Source of the DNA: Caecitellus pseudoparvulus
Lineage: Eukaryota > Protista > Bigyra: Bicosoecida
Assembly: GCA_965644315.1 (NCBI GenBank)
Contig: CBFFRQ010000088.1
Span: 124,001-188,000 of the forward strand
Direction of reading: 5' to 3'
DNA: 64,000 nt
A program made the position numbers and the translations under genes. How positions within the stretch are numbered: position 1 is the first letter of the stretch; each line of letters starts with the position of its first letter. Positions 42,732-53,136 of this stretch are shown here, one piece after another. The notes beneath the pieces were generated by a model that searched no databases, was not told the DNA's origin, and saw only the letters and a list, made by a program, of their open reading frames with translations.

Positions 42732-45700
42732 ATGTCATCGAAGGTCCCTGAGCGATGGGAGCCGCTCAAGCCCAGCGGGGGCCGCAGTCGCACGCGACAG
42801 TCGGCCGGGCAGCCAGTGAAGGCGCCTGCGCCGCCACGCGCAAAGCCAGGCATTGACCTGGCCAACGCCAGTCTGCGCAGGGGTCGAGCGTTACTTGGGC
42901 CGGCTGCCACGGGACCGTCACCAAATGTGCGGCACAGGCAGCGGCATGTTGGGGCCGAGGTGCCTCCACTGCTGGAAACGGCTTCCTCTGCGGCGAGCGA
43001 GCAGCGGGGCGTCCACAGGCCACAGGCGCCAGAGGGCGCCCACGAAAGCAAAGACACATATACCCTGGGCAACGTCACGTCCGTTTCGAGTGTGCATTGG
43101 GGTGAGGGCGTGCGAGGGGGCGAGGAGGCGTCGGGCAGCAGTTTGGGCCGGTCTGCCTCCAGCCAGCGCAGCGCGCTGCTGCAGCCCAAGGAGCGCCAGG
43201 GCATGTCGCGGGAGGACCGCGTGGCTAGCATTTCAGCAGTGGGCATGCCGTATGTGCCCTGGTCCATCAGCCGGGCCAAGGCGGTGTGGAGTCCCCCCGC
43301 CTCCCCCACGGCAGGCGACGTTGGCGCCTATGTGCAGCAGTCGCACAAAGGGCGCCGTCGGCCGGCACAGGAGACGTCAGGGAAAGGCTTCCGGCCTCTG
43401 GACACCGGCGCAGGCGTGTTGTTGCACAAGGCCGGCGTGCAGGTGGGGGAGTTGCAGGTGTTGGCGGGGGGGGAGGCGCCGGTGTCCGCAGCGCCACCAC
43501 CGACGTCGTTTGAGGAGGAGCAAGGCGACAGCGTCGCGTCGTACCACGTCAGGCGGGCGCGGAGACTGGCGCGGCAGCAGGCCCGTGTGGCGGATGCGGT
43601 GGCGGGGACGTGGTCGGGGCCCAGCACGCTGCTGCAACGACTGACGCCCAGCCACATCGCCGCCATCGCCCGGGGCGAGGCGGGCGACGTCACGACGCAG
43701 GCCTCCAAGGTCTTCGCGTGGGACGGACGGCAGGCCGGGCACAGCGTGCTGCTGCCGTCTGCCGGCGGCAGCAGCGCCGTCACCATCGACGTGGACGCCT
43801 TCTTGTCCCAGTTCGTGGCGGAGGCGGGCGCATTCAAGTCCTCCTCCCTGTTCTCCGAGAGCAAGCTGCTGGAGGCGCTGACCATGTCAGCACACGTGAT
43901 GCGGGACCCGCCTAGCATGGCCGCGGGGCGTGTGCCGGACCTGACCCGGGCGGAGGTGGAGGCGGAGCTGGGCGCTGCGGCGGACCTCGCCCCCCTCATG
44001 CAGGTACGGCGGGCGTGGGCAGGCGCGGCGCTGGCGGCGACTGCGGCGGCCCAGGATGCCACCAGCTCCGAGTGGGGCAGTGGGGCGGAGCCGCCCCCTC
44101 CCAGCGAGTTCGTCACGGCCCTGAGCATGGTGGTGATGGAGGGGCTGGCGGCTGGGCTGGACCCGTTCACGGAGGTGCTGGCGCTGTGCCTGCAGCAGGT
44201 GGGTGCGGGCCTGTACCATGAGCTGGAAGGCGTGGACGTGCCAGCCGTGACGTCCCAGCGCCTGCTGCTGCGCGATGTAGCCCACGCCCTGCCTGGGGCG
44301 GGCGGCACAGCAAGCACGCCGGAGTTGCTGTCCCTGCAAGCCGCCACGGCGCTGGGTGAGGGCGCGCGGCAGCCGCTGGCGTCCCTGCTGAACCCCGCCG
44401 ACCCAGCAGCGCGCCGGCGGTTCTTCCTCATGACGCCCTTCTTCTCCCTCTCTCGCTCCCTGTACATCGACCTACACAGCCTGCTGCGGCGGGGCCACGC
44501 CACGGACGTGCAGCGGCGGCAGATCGCAGAGGAGGTGTCGCGCCGGCGGTCCCTGTTCAACTCCACCCTCAAGCACTGGCAGTACGGCATCCTGTCCACG
44601 TGCTTCCGGTCCTGGCAGCTGTTCGTGCGGCGGCAGAAGGTGCAGGCGCCTCGCGCTCGGCGCTTCCTGCGCCACACCTTTTCGGCCCCCGTGCAGATCC
44701 GGAGGTACTTCTTCAACCGCTGGGCGGCCTGGCTGTTCCGGCGGCGCAAGGAGGGTCTGCAAGAGGGCGTGGACGCGGCGCGGGACAGTCTGGACAGCCT
44801 CTCCGCCGACTGTGCCCAGCTGGGCGACCAGGCCTCGGAGCTGGAGCGGGAGGTGTCTAAACTGCAGCGCCTGAGGGAGTACGAGCGTGTGTCTGCCGGG
44901 TACAGCCACGGCGCCGTGTCGTCCCTGCTCACTGTGCTGAAGAGCGACAACCTGGCGTCGGCGCGGGCAGAGGCGGTGGGCATGGCGAGCCTCGCCCAGG
45001 CAGTGGTGGGTGTCAGCTCCGCCTGGATGCACGGCGTCCTGCGTGGCGACTGCCCCGACATGGGCGCTTCCGACGAAGCCTGGGCTGGCGGGGAGCTCCC
45101 CCCTTCTGCCGCAGTGGAGGGCAGCATGGCCAGCCGAGGCGCCCCCCGTGGCGGCGTCCTGCCGTCTCCCACGTCGTCCCAGCCCCCGCCTTCTCCCGCC
45201 GGCTCCACGCGCAGTGCCGGGTCTCCCCGTGCTTCCCCGTCGGGACTCAGTTCGGGCTCCGCCCTGGAGTGGGCACCGACTGTGCACCTGCCGTGGAAAC
45301 GCCGCGGCACCAGACCCCAAGGCCAGCGCCCCCCCCTGCAGTCAGACGGCATTCGCACGGCGGCTGGGAACCTGGTGCAAGGCGGCGTGGCCCGGGAGGA
45401 GGCGGCAGATGCGGAGGACTGGGTGGATGCGGCGGGCGCCATGGGCACGCCGCTGGATGTGGGCAGCCTCTGTGACCAGGTGGCGTACGCAGCACGGTGC
45501 TTGGGGCCGGGGTGGATCGCCACACCAGGCGCCGATGCACTTGCCCAGGCACCTTCCCTCGTCACCACCACTGCGCACGGTATTCGTGCGTACGACGTGG
45601 ACGCTGAGCTGGGCTCCACGCCAGTGCCCGCTGGCGAGGCAGGTGCCCTTGCCGCTGCGGCAGAGGAAGAGGAGGAGGGCGGCAAGGAGGGTGACGGGCG

Positions 45701-48700
45701 CATCCCCTTGCACGAAGACCCACTGTACCCACTATCCCTGGGGGGCCTGACCGTGCCGCCGCCCCCCCTGCGGGACTACGCGTCACTGGGCAGTGTGCGC
45801 CTGGCCCTCGGTGATGTCCTCACGGGGGGCCGTGGCGTGGACATGACCCCCTTTGGGACTGACATCTCAGCCCGAGGCCGGGCTGCACGGGCGGCTGGCG
45901 CAGCCAACAAACCGCCCCTCCTCGCAGCTGCCTTGGCTGACGTCTTGTCCCAGTCAGGCGCCGCTGGGCCCGCCAAGCCGGGTGCTCTGCTGGCCAACGC
46001 CAGCACCTCCTCCCTGTCTGGGGCCAAGTCTGCCAAGGCGGCTGCGGCGGCACAGAAGCGCCTCTTCGACCGGGGCTTGGCGCAGCTGCTGGGGTCCACC
46101 ACGACCCCTGTCCCCATTGCAGACGCGTGGGGCCCAGACGCGGGCTTTGGCATGGCCGCCATGCGGGCCTGGCGGCTGCCTCCCCAGGTGGCGCTGCCCC
46201 AGCCAGTTCACATGCTGGGCGCTGGACCCGCACCCCACCTGGCCATGGCCCACGACCCTGGCGCGGGGCGCCCCGAAGCGCGCTGGATGAGCGTCTTTTC
46301 TCACCGTGTGGCGCAGTGGGCGGCAGGGCAGGGCGGGCCGGGGCTCTCCGAATCGCCCTCTGCCGCGACGTCGCTGGTCGGCTCGGTTTCCACGCCTGTC
46401 GGCTCTGAGCACACCGCTTCCCACGGACGCCTGCGCACCAGCAGCGCGGCATCCCTGCCCCCACCGGGCCCCCTTGCCGCCTGCACGCTGGCGCTGTACC
46501 CGCCCGCCATACGGACACACATCCTGGGCAGCGCGCCCTTTGGCATGCCTGGGAGCCAGCTCAAGTCGCCCCTGGACATGGGTTCCCTTGTGGCCGCTGC
46601 AGCATCACTGAGCGTGCCGGATGCGCCCTCTGGCACCACGTCCGTGTCTGACCTCTTCGCCTCCAAGCACCTGCGCCAGCAGAGCAGCGGAGGTGGCTCC
46701 CCGCCTCAGCGGCCACGGGCAGGGCTGAGTCCTGCTCGGGGTGAAGGTGGGCGCCCTCCTCCCCTCCGCATCTCCTCGCCGACGCCGGGGTCCACCTTGC
46801 CAGGCGCAGTCAGCAGCCCGGCACCCCATGGCCAGCCTGCGCCGAGCACAATGGCCAGTGGTGTGGCAGCGCTATCCACGCTGCCGGCTCTGGGGGGCGG
46901 CGTCCTGTGTGGTAGCGTGGTGCACCCTGCCAGCCCGCCACTGCCAGGAGCATGGATGCGCGGGCACCACAGCCGCCACGCCGTGCTGCGGCAGTCCTCT
47001 GCACGGTTCGTGGCCCAGTTCTTGAACATGGCCAGTCTCCGTGTGCTGCCCATGGCGTATGCGGGGCGCATCCTCTCCCGGCGCACTGTGCGGCGGCGGG
47101 ACCCCGCTCAGGCTCTGGACCAGCCCAAGGCGCACGTGCAGGGGTGGACGGGCTCCCCGCTGGCCCAGCTGCGGTGGTTCCTGGCCCACGCAGGGGACGT
47201 CCCCCGCACCCACGGGCAAATGGACCTGGTGCCCACCCTGGCACTGCTGCAGACCCAGCTGAGCGGACTGGCCACCCTGTCTGGCGTCCTGCCCGATCCG
47301 ACCGAGCACCTGGCAAGCCTGCTGGTGGCAGGTGCGACGCCGTCCAGCGTGGCAGCCGACGCGAAGGGAGGCGTGGGCCTCGCCGTGCTGGGCCTGCTGG
47401 GGGAGCTGTGGGCTGCGTCGCACGAGGCAGTGGACCCTGTCCTGCTGTCCAGCACTGCTGTGCGGGCACACCTGCACTCGGGGGGCACTGCTCCGCCCTG
47501 GGCCCCTGGCGTGCTGCGAGTGCCGTCCAAGGCAGCCGCCGAGCATGATCCCACGTCCGCTGCGCTGGCGCTGGGGTACAAACACGGGCGGCACATCATG
47601 CGTGGGTTGCTGGATGTGCCGGCGGGAGATGCGCAGGTGGGTGATGCGGCGCGTGACGCAACGGGCAGCTCGCTGCCTGCGACCTCGTCTGCGACCGGCA
47701 TTGCAGACGAAGTGCCGCGTAGGGATACGTCTGTAGCAAGCGAGGGGTCGTCAGCTGACGCCCCTGTCGCCGGCTCCTTCGTCCCAGCGGCGCTGGAGCG
47801 GTGGCTGACGCTGTGCCACTCCTTCCTCGGGCCCCGCCTGCCAGAGGACCTGGTGTCCCGGGCCACAGAGGTGGGGCGGGTCCCCTCCTCGTACAGCGCA
47901 GGTGGCGCCGCCGCCAAGTCCGTCGCAGCTGAGCGTCGTGCCAAGGCAGCCCTGGCAGGCGGCAGCGCACCCACCGACCCTCCCGCAGGCGCGGTGGGCG
48001 TGTCGGACGCGGGCCTCCTGGAATGGGCGGCGGGGTCCCTTGCTGCCCTGCAGGCCGGTGCGCTGGGCATCCAGGACCCACACCCACCCCTCCAAGTGCT
48101 GGGGCCATTTGCCGCTGCTGGATGGGACGGCACACAGGAGGCACGTCTGCGAGCGGCACTGGCTTCAGCGGCAGGCACGGCTCGGGGTGGCGCGCCGCCT
48201 GCGCTGCGTGACGCTGTGGCTGATCCCCTGGACGCCGGCGCCGCCCTGGTGGCTCTGCGGGCCAGCGCGCCACTGCGCATCGCCGTGGCGTCCACAGCGC
48301 TGTTCAGCGCCATGCCGGCGCCAGGCGCCACGACGCGGGGCCTGCCGGGTCGCAAGACGCGGTACAAGTTCGCAGCGGCTGCGGCAGCTGCCGCTCTGAG
48401 CGTCGTGTTGAGCCAGCGGGGGGCGGATCAGGTGGGGCCCGGACAGAGCGCTGCGCCAACGTCCACGCCCCCAGGCACAGGGCCAGGGGGATTGCGTGTG
48501 GACACCCGACCCGCATCGGAAGTGGCAGCGGAGGAGCTGTCCAAGTCTGCGTCAGTGGCGTCTTTTGCGGGTGGATCAAGTGGGGAGGTGCATGACCTGG
48601 ACGGTGAGGGTGGGACTGAGGAAGAGGAAGAGGAGGAGGAGGAGGTTGTGGGGGATGTCGGGTCTGGGCCGGTGGCAGGGCCCTCCTTCCTCATGCTGCC

Positions 48701-51700
48701 CGACGGCGTCGCAGATGGAGGCGCCTGCGTCGCGACGGGCCCTGACTTTGGCCTGGCCTCTGCCTCGCGAGAGATGGCAGGGATCGTGGGGTGGCCGCTG
48801 CGCACCCTGGTGGCCGCCGTGAGTCCACGCCCAGTGGCACATGGGCGGGCGGAGCGCCGGGCCCTGTGGCGCCTGCTGCAGGCCTGGGCGTGGGTGCGGG
48901 TGTCAGACACACTGTTGAGCGCGGCAGATGCGCAGCGTGCCGCCCTCGGCTACGCCACCTCCATCCAGCTGTCCATGGACACGGTGGGGGAGGGGGACGG
49001 CCCAGCATCCACTGCCCGCATTCCGTTGGGTCCACTGGGTGGGCCCATGTGTTCCGCTGCACAGCTGCTGGGCGCCTTACAAGATGGTGTGGCGGCTGTG
49101 TTTGGGGAGGGCATCAGTGCGCCAACTGCGCAAGGCGCCGAGGGGGGGGGCAGCTGGATGGACTCGGCCCGATCCCGGCAGAGCATCCTGGTGGCCCTCG
49201 CATCCGCCCTGCGCCCCGAGAGCGCCGCTGACGCCCAGGCCGCCGCGAACTCGGCTCGCTTTTCTGCCTTCCTGGGTGAGGAGGGCGAGGGCAAGACCAG
49301 CTCTGCAGGGGCATCTCCCCGAAGCGGCCGCAGTGCCCGAACGCCACGCCATGTGCGCACGCCCTCTTCCCATCGCGCTGGAGCGACGCATGCGCGGACA
49401 CCCTCCCGTGCGCGTCTGGCAGCTGGTGGCGCGCTGGCCATGGGGGCTGGGCGCCGAGCTGGAGGAGAGGAAGGCAGTGAGCCCAGCGTGGTGGGCACGC
49501 CAGGATTCTCTGGGGCGGTGGGCGTGGAGGGGGGCGGTGGGGAGGGCGCCGGCGCTGTGTCGCCCGCCGTCTCTCCTCGAGTCGGCTCGGTGCAGGTGTC
49601 GGGCCTGTCCCGTCTGGACCGGCGTATTACGCCCGCTTCAGCGCTGCGCGCGACGCTGACGCTGGCCGAGGCCGCCTTCCTGCTGCCCAACAATCTGGCC
49701 CCTGCAGACGTGCACCGGAAGCTGCTGGGCGAGGCGAGTGGCGGGGCGGCTGAGGGCGAGGGCCTGGTGCTGCCTTGCAAAGGCGCCATGCCGCCCCTGC
49801 CCAGCGGCGCAGTGGTCAACGCCACGCTCATCACGCCGGCACTGAGTGCCGCCATCTCCAAGTCCGGCGGGCGTGGTGCGGCGGATGCGGGCGGCACGGG
49901 GCGCTCTAGCACCGTGCGGGCACCTCCTCGCCTGCAGGTGGCGGCCAGCGCCTTGCAAGGACCAGCGGGTGTGGCTGGCGCTGAGGTCAGCGACGACCTG
50001 CCCCTGGCAGAGCTCCCCGCAGAGGCGTCCTTCCCCACCATGCTGCTGGCCACCGAGCACGTGCGAGGCGAGGCAGAGGCCAGCCAGTTCACGTACCACT
50101 CCGCTGTGGACCAGGTGCAGGAGGATGTGTGGGCGCGGCTGGCAGTGGAGGCCAGCGCTGCAGAGCTGGGGACACGGGTGGCCGCCTCCCGCAAGCAACG
50201 CCGCGCCTTCAGTCTGGGCCGTGGGGCGGCGGCGTTGGCCCAGCACGCAGCAAGTGGCGGACCAGCGCCACCTGCCCCCTCCTCTCGCGGACTGTCCAGC
50301 AAGGACTACTTGTTCGGGTGTCCAGCCCCCACCCTGGACCTGTCCGAGGAAGCGGCAGCAGCTCTCGGCGCCAGCCACGGCGCCAGCGCGGGGTTCAGCC
50401 TGCGTGTCTTTTCCGGTGTGCGTCGCAGCCGCGTGGAGGATTTGCTGGCCGAGTTCACGGCGCGGACGCTGCATGCGGAGCGCCTGACGGGGCACGGCGG
50501 CGTGGCAGAGGTGCTGCTGCCGCCCCTGGCGCTGAACACCAGTGGAGCAGGCGGCAGCGGCAGTGGGGGCGGTGGGGATGCGGGTGGACGACGACGTGGT
50601 CTGAGCGTGGCGTCTGGCGCCGCTGCGCGGGGGGCTGGGCAGGGCAGTGTTGCGTCCCTGCCGGCGTCACCCCCCCCTCGAGGCAGCTCGCCATCCCTGC
50701 CTGGTCTGACGGGCCCTGCTCTGGTCATTCCCCGCCCAGACGCGCGAGCACTGAGCATCGCCAAGCCATTCGTGGCGTCCATGGGCCATGAGCTGGAGGC
50801 TGTGAACGGCGTCCTGCACTCGTACGCTGCCGTGCTGCGAGGCGTGTACCGCCTGTACTCCGACTCGTCAGCCGGGGCGCTCATGACGGAGGCAGAGTTC
50901 ATGCTGTTTGCACGCGAGGCGGAGCTGGTGGCAGAGGGGGGGGACGACGGTGGTGGGGAGCAAGAGGAGTGGGAGGGGCCGGCGCCCCGACCCCTTTCTC
51001 GCCGTGAGGTGCACCACATCTTCACCACGGTGAACCGGGAGGAGACACGGGTACCCGGCGGCGGCCTGGAGCAGTTCGCACCGTCAGTGGAGGAGGCGTC
51101 CCCGCGTTCAGCCCACAGTGGCGCACCGTCCCCCCTCCCACGGGGAGACGTGGCGTCTCCCGCCCCCCAGGCCAGTCTCACGCCCATGCCGGAGGACGAC
51201 AGCAGCGATAGCGAAGAGGGGGGTGAGGACGATGAGGCCCCGCCTCCCTCCCCTGCTGGCGAGGACAGCTCAGACACCGAGTTTGACGGGGAGGTGGATG
51301 GTGAGAACCCCCTGGACGAGCTGACGCCAGCGGAGTTCGTGGAGGCCATCCTGCGCCTGGCAGCAGCGCGGTACGCCCGCCTCACCTCGGGCCTCGCCGC
51401 GTTCCACACGGCAGCGGCGAAGCAGGCAGCGGCACAACAGGCCAGTCTGGCTGACTTGCTGGCGCCGGGCAGCACCAGCGGCTCCAGCAGCAAGCGCAGG
51501 CTCAGCGGCGGCAGCGCCTCTCTGCCCCTGGAGCCAGCCCTGCCCCCCACCAGCCTGTACTCCACCGCAGAGGGCGCCCCGCCGCCTCCAGTGCGGGAGG
51601 TGTCCTTCCCTGGGCCCCGCTCCAGCAGTGGCCGCCGTCGGAGCATGGTGGCAGCAGTGGCGGGCGGAGAAGGCACGCCCCGCGGCAGCGTCGCGTCACG

Positions 51701-52613
51701 AGACATGCTGCTGAGCATGTCGGGGCGCGGCGCCCTGCCTGCTGTGGAGGAGGATGGGGACGAGGGGGGGGGCGTGGAGCCCATGCCTGCCCCGCCCTCC
51801 CCCACACGACGGGGCCGCCGGTCGTCCCTGGCCCTGCCCAGGTCGCGCTCGCCGACGCGAGACATGTCCGAGCGCTCCTCCATGTCCGGCCTTGACGCAG
51901 CGCCGGCACTGCTCCGCACAGCGTCCGGGCAGTTGGTGGGCCCTGCCAACATGATGGAGGCGCCCCCCTCCTTGGCCCGCTGCCTGGTGTGGGTGCTGGA
52001 GCAGCACGTCATCCCCAACTGCGGAGCTGGATCGCCACACCCCTTCCGCGGACAGCTGGCGCGCCCCTCCTTCCGGCAAGTGTTCGTGCGGCACAGGCAC
52101 ACCACCGTGGCCATCTTCCGCTTCTACTGCGGCCTGCAGCGCAAAGACCACGACCGGGCGCTGGCCCGATGGCGAGCGTGGGCGCTGGCCAAGTCCCAAG
52201 CAGCCTTTGTGCCGCAAGGCCCACAAGGGGGAGACGCGGCAGCTTCCGATGGGAAGGAGGCCGCTGAAGATGCTGAGCCGGCACCGCCCATGGTGGGCAC
52301 GCCACCACCAGAAGACGCCTGGGTGTCCAAGACATTCCTGCGCTTCCTGCGGGACTACGGACTGGTGGGAGCGCGCCTGAGGGAGGGAGATGCGAAGCGC
52401 CTGTTCGCCAACGTCCAGGACAGCGAGCGTGGCATGGACGACGACACGGAGCTGATTTTCTCTGAGTTCGAAGAGGCGCTCGCCGCCATGACTGCGCACT
52501 GGCTGCGAGATCCCTTCGTGCCCCTGCACCGGCGCCTGGACCGCTTCATCGGCACTCGACTGGCTGGCCGACCCCTCGGCGGGGAAAGTGCTGACGAGAA
52601 AGTGGCTGTGTAG
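42732..52613 (+). CDS. Giant uncharacterised protein, 3293 aa: Sfi1-like W/F repeats, coiled coil, long low-complexity middle, C-terminal EF-hand-like modules
   Basis: Uninterrupted 9.9 kb ORF; KHWQYGILSTCFRSWQLFV...RRYFFNRWAAW followed by a heptad region; LRGVYRLYS...MTEAEFMLFAREAEL, ELTPAEFVEAILRLA, ELIFSEFEEALAAM. Start codon uncertain. Confidence 0.8.
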   Translation: MSSKVPERWEPLKPSGGRSRTRQSAGQPVKAPAPPRAKPGIDLANASLRRGRALLGPAATGPSPNVRHRQRHVGAEVPPLLETASSAASEQRGVHRPQAPEGAHESKDTYTLGNVTSVSSVHWGEGVRGGEEASGSSLGRSASSQRSALLQPKERQGMSREDRVASISAVGMPYVPWSISRAKAVWSPPASPTAGDVGAYVQQSHKGRRRPAQETSGKGFRPLDTGAGVLLHKAGVQVGELQVLAGGEAPVSAAPPPTSFEEEQGDSVASYHVRRARRLARQQARVADAVAGTWSGPSTLLQRLTPSHIAAIARGEAGDVTTQASKVFAWDGRQAGHSVLLPSAGGSSAVTIDVDAFLSQFVAEAGAFKSSSLFSESKLLEALTMSAHVMRDPPSMAAGRVPDLTRAEVEAELGAAADLAPLMQVRRAWAGAALAATAAAQDATSSEWGSGAEPPPPSEFVTALSMVVMEGLAAGLDPFTEVLALCLQQVGAGLYHELEGVDVPAVTSQRLLLRDVAHALPGAGGTASTPELLSLQAATALGEGARQPLASLLNPADPAARRRFFLMTPFFSLSRSLYIDLHSLLRRGHATDVQRRQIAEEVSRRRSLFNSTLKHWQYGILSTCFRSWQLFVRRQKVQAPRARRFLRHTFSAPVQIRRYFFNRWAAWLFRRRKEGLQEGVDAARDSLDSLSADCAQLGDQASELEREVSKLQRLREYERVSAGYSHGAVSSLLTVLKSDNLASARAEAVGMASLAQAVVGVSSAWMHGVLRGDCPDMGASDEAWAGGELPPSAAVEGSMASRGAPRGGVLPSPTSSQPPPSPAGSTRSAGSPRASPSGLSSGSALEWAPTVHLPWKRRGTRPQGQRPPLQSDGIRTAAGNLVQGGVAREEAADAEDWVDAAGAMGTPLDVGSLCDQVAYAARCLGPGWIATPGADALAQAPSLVTTTAHGIRAYDVDAELGSTPVPAGEAGALAAAAEEEEEGGKEGDGRIPLHEDPLYPLSLGGLTVPPPPLRDYASLGSVRLALGDVLTGGRGVDMTPFGTDISARGRAARAAGAANKPPLLAAALADVLSQSGAAGPAKPGALLANASTSSLSGAKSAKAAAAAQKRLFDRGLAQLLGSTTTPVPIADAWGPDAGFGMAAMRAWRLPPQVALPQPVHMLGAGPAPHLAMAHDPGAGRPEARWMSVFSHRVAQWAAGQGGPGLSESPSAATSLVGSVSTPVGSEHTASHGRLRTSSAASLPPPGPLAACTLALYPPAIRTHILGSAPFGMPGSQLKSPLDMGSLVAAAASLSVPDAPSGTTSVSDLFASKHLRQQSSGGGSPPQRPRAGLSPARGEGGRPPPLRISSPTPGSTLPGAVSSPAPHGQPAPSTMASGVAALSTLPALGGGVLCGSVVHPASPPLPGAWMRGHHSRHAVLRQSSARFVAQFLNMASLRVLPMAYAGRILSRRTVRRRDPAQALDQPKAHVQGWTGSPLAQLRWFLAHAGDVPRTHGQMDLVPTLALLQTQLSGLATLSGVLPDPTEHLASLLVAGATPSSVAADAKGGVGLAVLGLLGELWAASHEAVDPVLLSSTAVRAHLHSGGTAPPWAPGVLRVPSKAAAEHDPTSAALALGYKHGRHIMRGLLDVPAGDAQVGDAARDATGSSLPATSSATGIADEVPRRDTSVASEGSSADAPVAGSFVPAALERWLTLCHSFLGPRLPEDLVSRATEVGRVPSSYSAGGAAAKSVAAERRAKAALAGGSAPTDPPAGAVGVSDAGLLEWAAGSLAALQAGALGIQDPHPPLQVLGPFAAAGWDGTQEARLRAALASAAGTARGGAPPALRDAVADPLDAGAALVALRASAPLRIAVASTALFSAMPAPGATTRGLPGRKTRYKFAAAAAAAALSVVLSQRGADQVGPGQSAAPTSTPPGTGPGGLRVDTRPASEVAAEELSKSASVASFAGGSSGEVHDLDGEGGTEEEEEEEEEVVGDVGSGPVAGPSFLMLPDGVADGGACVATGPDFGLASASREMAGIVGWPLRTLVAAVSPRPVAHGRAERRALWRLLQAWAWVRVSDTLLSAADAQRAALGYATSIQLSMDTVGEGDGPASTARIPLGPLGGPMCSAAQLLGALQDGVAAVFGEGISAPTAQGAEGGGSWMDSARSRQSILVALASALRPESAADAQAAANSARFSAFLGEEGEGKTSSAGASPRSGRSARTPRHVRTPSSHRAGATHARTPSRARLAAGGALAMGAGRRAGGEEGSEPSVVGTPGFSGAVGVEGGGGEGAGAVSPAVSPRVGSVQVSGLSRLDRRITPASALRATLTLAEAAFLLPNNLAPADVHRKLLGEASGGAAEGEGLVLPCKGAMPPLPSGAVVNATLITPALSAAISKSGGRGAADAGGTGRSSTVRAPPRLQVAASALQGPAGVAGAEVSDDLPLAELPAEASFPTMLLATEHVRGEAEASQFTYHSAVDQVQEDVWARLAVEASAAELGTRVAASRKQRRAFSLGRGAAALAQHAASGGPAPPAPSSRGLSSKDYLFGCPAPTLDLSEEAAAALGASHGASAGFSLRVFSGVRRSRVEDLLAEFTARTLHAERLTGHGGVAEVLLPPLALNTSGAGGSGSGGGGDAGGRRRGLSVASGAAARGAGQGSVASLPASPPPRGSSPSLPGLTGPALVIPRPDARALSIAKPFVASMGHELEAVNGVLHSYAAVLRGVYRLYSDSSAGALMTEAEFMLFAREAELVAEGGDDGGGEQEEWEGPAPRPLSRREVHHIFTTVNREETRVPGGGLEQFAPSVEEASPRSAHSGAPSPLPRGDVASPAPQASLTPMPEDDSSDSEEGGEDDEAPPPSPAGEDSSDTEFDGEVDGENPLDELTPAEFVEAILRLAAARYARLTSGLAAFHTAAAKQAAAQQASLADLLAPGSTSGSSSKRRLSGGSASLPLEPALPPTSLYSTAEGAPPPPVREVSFPGPRSSSGRRRSMVAAVAGGEGTPRGSVASRDMLLSMSGRGALPAVEEDGDEGGGVEPMPAPPSPTRRGRRSSLALPRSRSPTRDMSERSSMSGLDAAPALLRTASGQLVGPANMMEAPPSLARCLVWVLEQHVIPNCGAGSPHPFRGQLARPSFRQVFVRHRHTTVAIFRFYCGLQRKDHDRALARWRAWALAKSQAAFVPQGPQGGDAAASDGKEAAEDAEPAPPMVGTPPPEDAWVSKTFLRFLRDYGLVGARLREGDAKRLFANVQDSERGMDDDTELIFSEFEEALAAMTAHWLRDPFVPLHRRLDRFIGTRLAGRPLGGESADEKVAV

Positions 52614-52615
52614 CT

Positions 52616-52630
52616 GGGGGGGGGGGGGGG
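52616..52630 (+). repeat. G15 homopolymer in a G-rich 3' flank
   Basis: Read directly, 2 nt after the stop at 52613. Confidence 0.85.
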
Positions 52631-53136
52631 CATTGAGGCGGAGGGGGGGCGTGGTCGAGAAAGCTGGTTCAACTGTCAATGCAACCAAACACCCAACCTT
52701 CGACTCCTGTTGAGTTTTGCATTCATATGGGAACTTGCATAGAGGGAGACGCACGTGGTTAGGGGCACTCAGTTTTGCGCTGGCTGTCCGAATCTGTGCT
52801 TAAATGCTGTCCTTTTGCCTCATGTGCCCATGTGCTCCATCTCACCAATTCACACGCGGAGGCTTGTTGCTCAGCACACTTTCACATGCATATCCTGATC
52901 AAGCGCTGCGGACGCCGCAGCCGCACTGTGCGTTCCTCCCCTCAAATCCACTCCCCACCACCACCAGCCCCCTCACAGACTTGAACGTTGTAGCCATCCC
53001 TGCGCTTTCCCTAGCCCCTTTTCGTGTCTCAGGGCTGCGCTCCAACTGCTCGCGGCAGAGAGTGGCTTGGTCAGCAGGCTGCACCACGCCTGGCTGGCAT
53101 TTGTCGTTGGCGCTCTTCCCAGCAGCAGCGAATAGG

